The notes beneath the pieces are model-generated. The model was not told the origin of the DNA, ran no database searches, and saw only the letters and a list, made by a program, of their open reading frames with translations. 64,000 bases of DNA from Octopus sinensis. Lineage: Eukaryota. Position 1 is the stretch's first letter; each line of letters opens with the position of its first letter. A program made the position numbers and the translations under genes. The DNA lies in the NCBI RefSeq assembly GCF_006345805.1, contig NC_043006.1, forward strand, positions 26,226,001-26,290,000, read 5' to 3'. Positions 62,111-64,000 of this stretch are shown here, in pieces.

Positions 62111-62714
62111 CTCATGAACTTATGAATTTACAATGCCATGGACCAAGTTTGCATTATCCTCTGCTAAAGGAAAAAGCCTTCTTTACCAAGCGGTGATCTG
62201 TACTAAAAATGGATTGGTAAGATATGTTGTATTCAAAGGAGACTTGTTCACAAGTACTCTATGTCACAAGAAAAGTTCATAAATCATTGACACTTGAGAA
62301 CCCCACATTTTAAAAATAAATTTGCTGAATAAAAGATAAAACAAACCACCACTATTACTTGTGTGACACAAGCCAAAACACCTGCATTTGAGAACTGATT
62401 GATGTACTGTGATATTTGTCAGAGAAACTTAATACTATTCACTAACCTACACCAATCTTAAACAAACGTAATGAACTTATTTCAATATACTGACACCGCT
62501 CAGGCAGTTCTGGGCTTTGGTTTTTCCACGCACCAATTTTCTAACATTTACAATGAGAATTCATAAAAAGAGGATATGCTCTTCATATCATAGCCACAAA
62601 CATAGTCACATACATTCCATGAAGTAATTACTTCTTATATATTAAAAAGAAAAAAAAATCACATGAACATTTCTAGTGTTGCATTGTTAATACAACTCTA
62701 TCTTTTTCCAGAAA

Positions 62715-63098
62715 TCTCTCTCTATATAAACGGCAGTTTGTCTGTGCGTGTTTCTGTGTGTCTGTTTGCTTGTACCCTCACCCTGACCACGGCTTTCAAC
62801 CGATTCTGATGAAACTTGACACACACATAGCCCAATGTCATAATTCAAAACTAACGCAGAGAAAATTTTTAAAAGTTCCCCAAGTTCTGAAAAAAATCGA
62901 TAAATTCGACATGGGGTCGAGAATCAGAAACACAAACCACAAACTGTCTAGGGGACGCAACTCCACCTTTTTTAACTCTCCAAAAAAATTTACCATCATT
63001 TTTTCTCATTTTTTTGCTATTTTTTGGCTATAACTCTCTAAAAATGCTTTATAGTTATTTCCCTTACAAACCTGAGCAACGCCGGGCGATACTGCTAG
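62715..63098 (+). mobile_element. Complete non-autonomous Helitron
   Basis: a|TC 5' end, subterminal hairpin cctgagcaacgccggg, CTAG|t 3' end at 63095-63098. An isolated similar 3' end occurs at 43757-43785. Confidence 0.88.
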
Positions 63099-63230
63099 TC
63101 ATTGATATTTTTCTACCCATTCTGATTATATATAACAAAAAAATTAGAATCTATATATAAATGAATATTACTATTTTTGATAAAAAGAAATGGGGGTGGG
63201 GAACCCCACACATATAAGAAACACACTTAC

Positions 63231-63418
63231 TTTTGGTTCTCCTTGGTGAGCTATCTTAACATCCTTAGCCATGCCAGTTTTGTCCATTGCTACTTGGATA
63301 TAAAACATATCAGAACCAACAAACAACTGTGATTCGGGTCCACTGGGTGGAGTAAAACTTAATCCAACTTGCCGGGCAACCGCTTCCAATTGTTCCACAA
63401 GATTTAACTGAGAAAGCA
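63231..63418 (-). CDS. MED1: Mediator subunit 1, first exon visible in window (LSQLNLVEQLEAVARQVGL...SDMFYIQVAMDKTGMAKDVKIAHQGEPK)
   Basis: AG acceptor at 63420-63419, gtaagt donor at 63230; matches the Med1 N-terminal motif LE..ARQ.GL...SDMFY...D..G...DVK.AH.GE. Confidence 0.95.
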
Positions 63419-64000
63419 CTACAATATATAATTAAACAACATATAATTACAGAGTAAACTTTAGGAATATACACAAAATAGCAAAATCAATTTTTAGATT
63501 ACCTAGAGTAAAAAAAGGAAGGTAGAAACAAAGATGCCTGGCAAGATAGGTCAACTAATACAAAATCATCTGTGTATCTATGTGTCCATGCTAGTATGAG
63601 TTTGAACAAAAATTGTTATTTGCAGCATCATTTTCTTGTGTACAGATGCTCCGTTTGCTGCCAAAACTGACATGTATATCAAATATAAACTTTCTTTATT
63701 GAAAGCACAAAGTAGCCAGTCCTACTGTCAACAAAGAATGTCACCATCAGTAATGCTTTGCTAAAGCACAGACAAGATACACATATACACGTGTATACAC
63801 ATACTTGTACACACATATATATATATATATATAAATAAATATAAATATATATAAACATATATATATAACTTTTTTGAGAAAATTACCATATAGTGAAAAC
63901 ATTCATCAATATGAGCATGAGAATCAACTACAATGGTACAGGTATATAGATGAAAAAGTGCTCTAAGTTGATGCAGAAAAGTACCATTAAATAGACAAAA

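Noticed and set aside
63420-64000. Upstream MED1 exon or promoter
   Set aside because: No compatible exon or CpG-rich promoter seen; the 5' end lies outside the window.

Overview
AT-rich, intron-containing animal genomic DNA. The repeat families suggest an octopus; this is an inference from recalled repeat sequences, not a database result. Two housekeeping genes lie tail-to-tail. (1) On +, the last 7 coding exons of eIF5B (191-6894; 1,077 nt, 358 aa to the stop), all with GT-AG junctions and a continuous frame. (2) On -, 12 coding exons of MED1 (63418 down to 33289; 5,840 nt, about 1,945 aa; the first exon(s) lie beyond the window). MED1 includes a 29-nt micro-exon and a 4.6-kb terminal exon that encodes two LxxLL boxes and a very long low-complexity tail. 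The 26-kb gap and the MED1 introns are filled with decayed transposons: RTE LINEs, an I-group RNase H element, two near full-length CR1-group LINEs in tandem, tRNA/CORE-type SINEs, Tc1, hAT, piggyBac-like MITEs, Helitron pieces, a Penelope-like element and microsatellites. The most notable unexplained features are: a Myb/SANT-like plus CCCH-finger ORF1 in both CR1-group LINEs; a PHD-type finger inside RTE ORF2; an I-group copy lacking its whole RT domain but with tail and apparent TSD; a 3' tail shared by the SINE and the CR1-group LINE; and a perfect 23-bp intronic hairpin. Exon coordinates were read base by base; transposon boundaries are approximate. Domain calls are by eye and need HMM confirmation.
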